DNA of 63,907 nucleotides from Asterionella formosa (lineage: Eukaryota). The notes below the pieces were generated by a model. The model was not told where the DNA came from, did not search any database, and saw only the letters and a program-made list of their open reading frames with translations. Position numbers and translations under genes: made by a program. The stretch spans positions 1 through 63,907 of the forward strand of contig NKIB01013115.1 of assembly GCA_002256025.1 (NCBI GenBank). Direction: 5' to 3'. Positions 61,532-63,907 of the stretch are shown piece after piece (the first letter of the stretch is position 1; every line of letters begins with the position of its first letter).

Positions 61532-63226
61532 ATGATGATGATTAACATCATCACTGCCAAGATTGCAATGCTATTGCTTCTCACAAGTTCTAGTAGAGCC
61601 TTTCTTCCATTCAAGCTTCGAACCCTGGCTATTATTAATAATAAGAACAACAATAAAATGGCTCAAACGCTCTCATCTTCCATTGCCACGGCAGGCAGTC
61701 CATCGTCGTCGTTGGCAGACACCTCCGCCTCCTACACCAAATTGTTACAAAGACTGCAACAAATTACTCATCTGAATCAAGCCAAATCCGTTCTTAGTTA
61801 TGACCAACTCGTCTTTATGCCCAAGGCTGCCTCTACAGGACGAGGAGCTCAAATGAGTGCCCTCGCCACGTTAATTCATGAAACGACGACAGCTCCAGAG
61901 TTGAAGGAATGGTTGGACCAGGCCATGTTGGATGCCTCCGACACTGACGACATGGACGCCAAACGACTCTTGCAATTGGAACACAAGTCATTGGCAGAAT
62001 TGGAACGTATCCCCACCACGTTGGCAGCTCGTGTAGCATCTCTTGGTGCATCGGCCTATACCTCATGGGTCGAATGCAAGGGGCGGAATGATTATGCGGC
62101 ATTTTGTCCTACACTGCAAGAGTGCTTTGATACCAGCATGGAAGTGGCAACCAAGAAACGCGGGGACAAGACGTATTCGTTGTATACACAAATGTTGGAT
62201 GAATTTGAAATGGGCATGTCTCAGCAAAGAATTGATGACATTTTTGGGGAAATTCAGGCGGCGTTGGTGCCACTCATTGCCAAGGTACTGAGCAGTGACC
62301 AAAAACCATCCACGAGTCCTTTGGAAGGACATTTTGACCTGATTGCTCAAAAAGAGTTCTGCCAAGATATCGTGACTGCGCTTGGCTACAATGTGGATCA
62401 TGGCCGGATAGATGTGTCGGTCCATCCCTTTACCATGGCATTTTCTCCTCAAGACGTTCGCATCACGTCACGTTTTCGAACAGACGAGTGGTACCAGGGG
62501 TTGGCCGCCATGATACATGAAGGGGGGCATGCCATGTATGAACAGTCCTTAGGTGCATCTGCTACCAATCTAGATTCGGCATTGAGCATGGGCACCCATG
62601 AATCTCAGTCCCTGTTTTGGGAACGTCATGTCGGACTTTCCAAGGAATTTTGGGACTGGGCCACACCGAAACTTAAACAAAAGTTTCCAGACAATTTTAG
62701 TAGTCGGCTTTCTGCAGACGAAGTGTATGCTGCTGTAAATGCAGTGGCGCCGTCGTTGATTCGAGTGGAAGCGGATGAATTAACCTATCCACTTCATGTT
62801 ATTTTACGATATAACATTGAAAAATCTGTCATTGGAGGAGAATTGGATGTCAAGGACATTCCAGCTCGTTGGAATGCCGACATGAAGTCAATGTTGAATG
62901 TCGACGTTCCGAATGACGCCAAGGGATGCATGCAAGATGTGCACTGGAGCGCACTCGCGTTTGGTTACTTTCCCACTTACTTGATCGGGTCTGCCACTGC
63001 AGCTCAGCTTGCATATTACTGTGAGAAGGATTTGGGCATGGCAGCCAAGGTGAAAAATGGGGAATTTTCAGCAATCAAGACCTGGTTGACTGACAAAGTT
63101 CATCGACATGGACGACGGTATGATTCACTCGATGCCTTATTGCTAGATCAAGTGGGCGAAACACTCAACCCCAAATATTTCATCCAGTACTTGACAGAGA
63201 AATACAGTGATTTGTACCAATTGTAG
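61532..63226 (+). CDS. Family M32 metallocarboxypeptidase (carboxypeptidase Taq-like) with plastid-type presequence
   Basis: HEGGH (HEXXH), HPF, VRITSR, HESQS, IRVEADE, QDVHW and GYFPTY motifs. Signal peptide ends SSRA|FLP. Confidence 0.92.
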   Translation: MMMINIITAKIAMLLLLTSSSRAFLPFKLRTLAIINNKNNNKMAQTLSSSIATAGSPSSSLADTSASYTKLLQRLQQITHLNQAKSVLSYDQLVFMPKAASTGRGAQMSALATLIHETTTAPELKEWLDQAMLDASDTDDMDAKRLLQLEHKSLAELERIPTTLAARVASLGASAYTSWVECKGRNDYAAFCPTLQECFDTSMEVATKKRGDKTYSLYTQMLDEFEMGMSQQRIDDIFGEIQAALVPLIAKVLSSDQKPSTSPLEGHFDLIAQKEFCQDIVTALGYNVDHGRIDVSVHPFTMAFSPQDVRITSRFRTDEWYQGLAAMIHEGGHAMYEQSLGASATNLDSALSMGTHESQSLFWERHVGLSKEFWDWATPKLKQKFPDNFSSRLSADEVYAAVNAVAPSLIRVEADELTYPLHVILRYNIEKSVIGGELDVKDIPARWNADMKSMLNVDVPNDAKGCMQDVHWSALAFGYFPTYLIGSATAAQLAYYCEKDLGMAAKVKNGEFSAIKTWLTDKVHRHGRRYDSLDALLLDQVGETLNPKYFIQYLTEKYSDLYQL

Positions 63227-63907
63227 AAGAATTCATTTTTTCTCCAAGTTATATTCTTTATTGTCGCAGTACGTCCCGGTGCAAGTTATGTAAATCATTA
63301 CATAAAAAGGTCCTTAACAATCAATTTCCATCACGCTTTTATTATAATATGTGTGAAGTCTACCTAGTACTTGTAGGAGCCGCCCAGAAAGCATTGCTAA
63401 GATCACGAAATTTTATGCACAAGTACGGTATACCGGTATATATATATTCAAGGAAGGGAAGCCCTCTCAGGCTGGAATTCTTCGACTGGTGGACAAAGTC
63501 GACGGCATCTCATACATTAATATTATTTACCTAGACCCTACTAGATATGATGATGGATGCTTTTAACGGTCTACGGTACCATGTACCTTTCTGCCGAGAG
63601 CAAACCATTCCTGTTAAGTTTTGAAATTTTCCGGGAAAGTACATGTTGTCTTCATACATGAGGAAACATATATTTTAGAGATTATATACACTGGGCTGTG
63701 CCGTGGAAGTTCGTTATTGTTCTTGACCATGTTGGGGTGATTGTTATCTAGTACATATATACCGTATACTTCATTGTCCTGGACCCCCCCTATGGTTGCT
63801 GGACCCCCCTGTACATTTTTCTCGAGGTGGAACCAAACACCCAATAATTTTCTTGTCATAGACAAAGTAACGTGCTATAATTCTTTTTGTCCTCGTAGGC
63901 ACTAGTA

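Overview
Eukaryotic, TE-rich window, most likely from a diatom (RXL-containing Lys/Ser/Gly-rich secreted proteins, an ASAFAP-like plastid presequence, short GT-AG introns, diatom-type copia/pogo/YR-retroelement relics). The left 36 kb holds three silaffin/cingulin-like genes: A 8702-9661, B 12896-14551 and C 34445-36049. B is a C-5'/A-3' chimera, as expected from unequal crossover in GKGKG-coding repeats. All three genes carry a ~110-nt 3'-UTR element that folds into a rod-like hairpin with compensatory substitutions. The B-C spacer is inflated by nested transposons (Harbinger-like MITE > copia relic > 8.7-kb CGTCTGC-TIR element with a Ulp1-like relic), plus a pogo relic and its MITEs. The pervasive TACC(A/T)GGTA-type motifs look like excision footprints of that pogo family. 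The right part holds RRP5 (3 exons, candidate intronic H/ACA snoRNA), two duplicated PC-esterase/SGNH-like genes separated by a DIRS/Ngaro-like relic, a SAC1-family phosphatase with an unusual presequence, and a probably plastid-targeted M32 carboxypeptidase. Two N-gaps with poly-G/C flanks are assembly artefacts. All family assignments are from motif recognition by eye; no searches were run.
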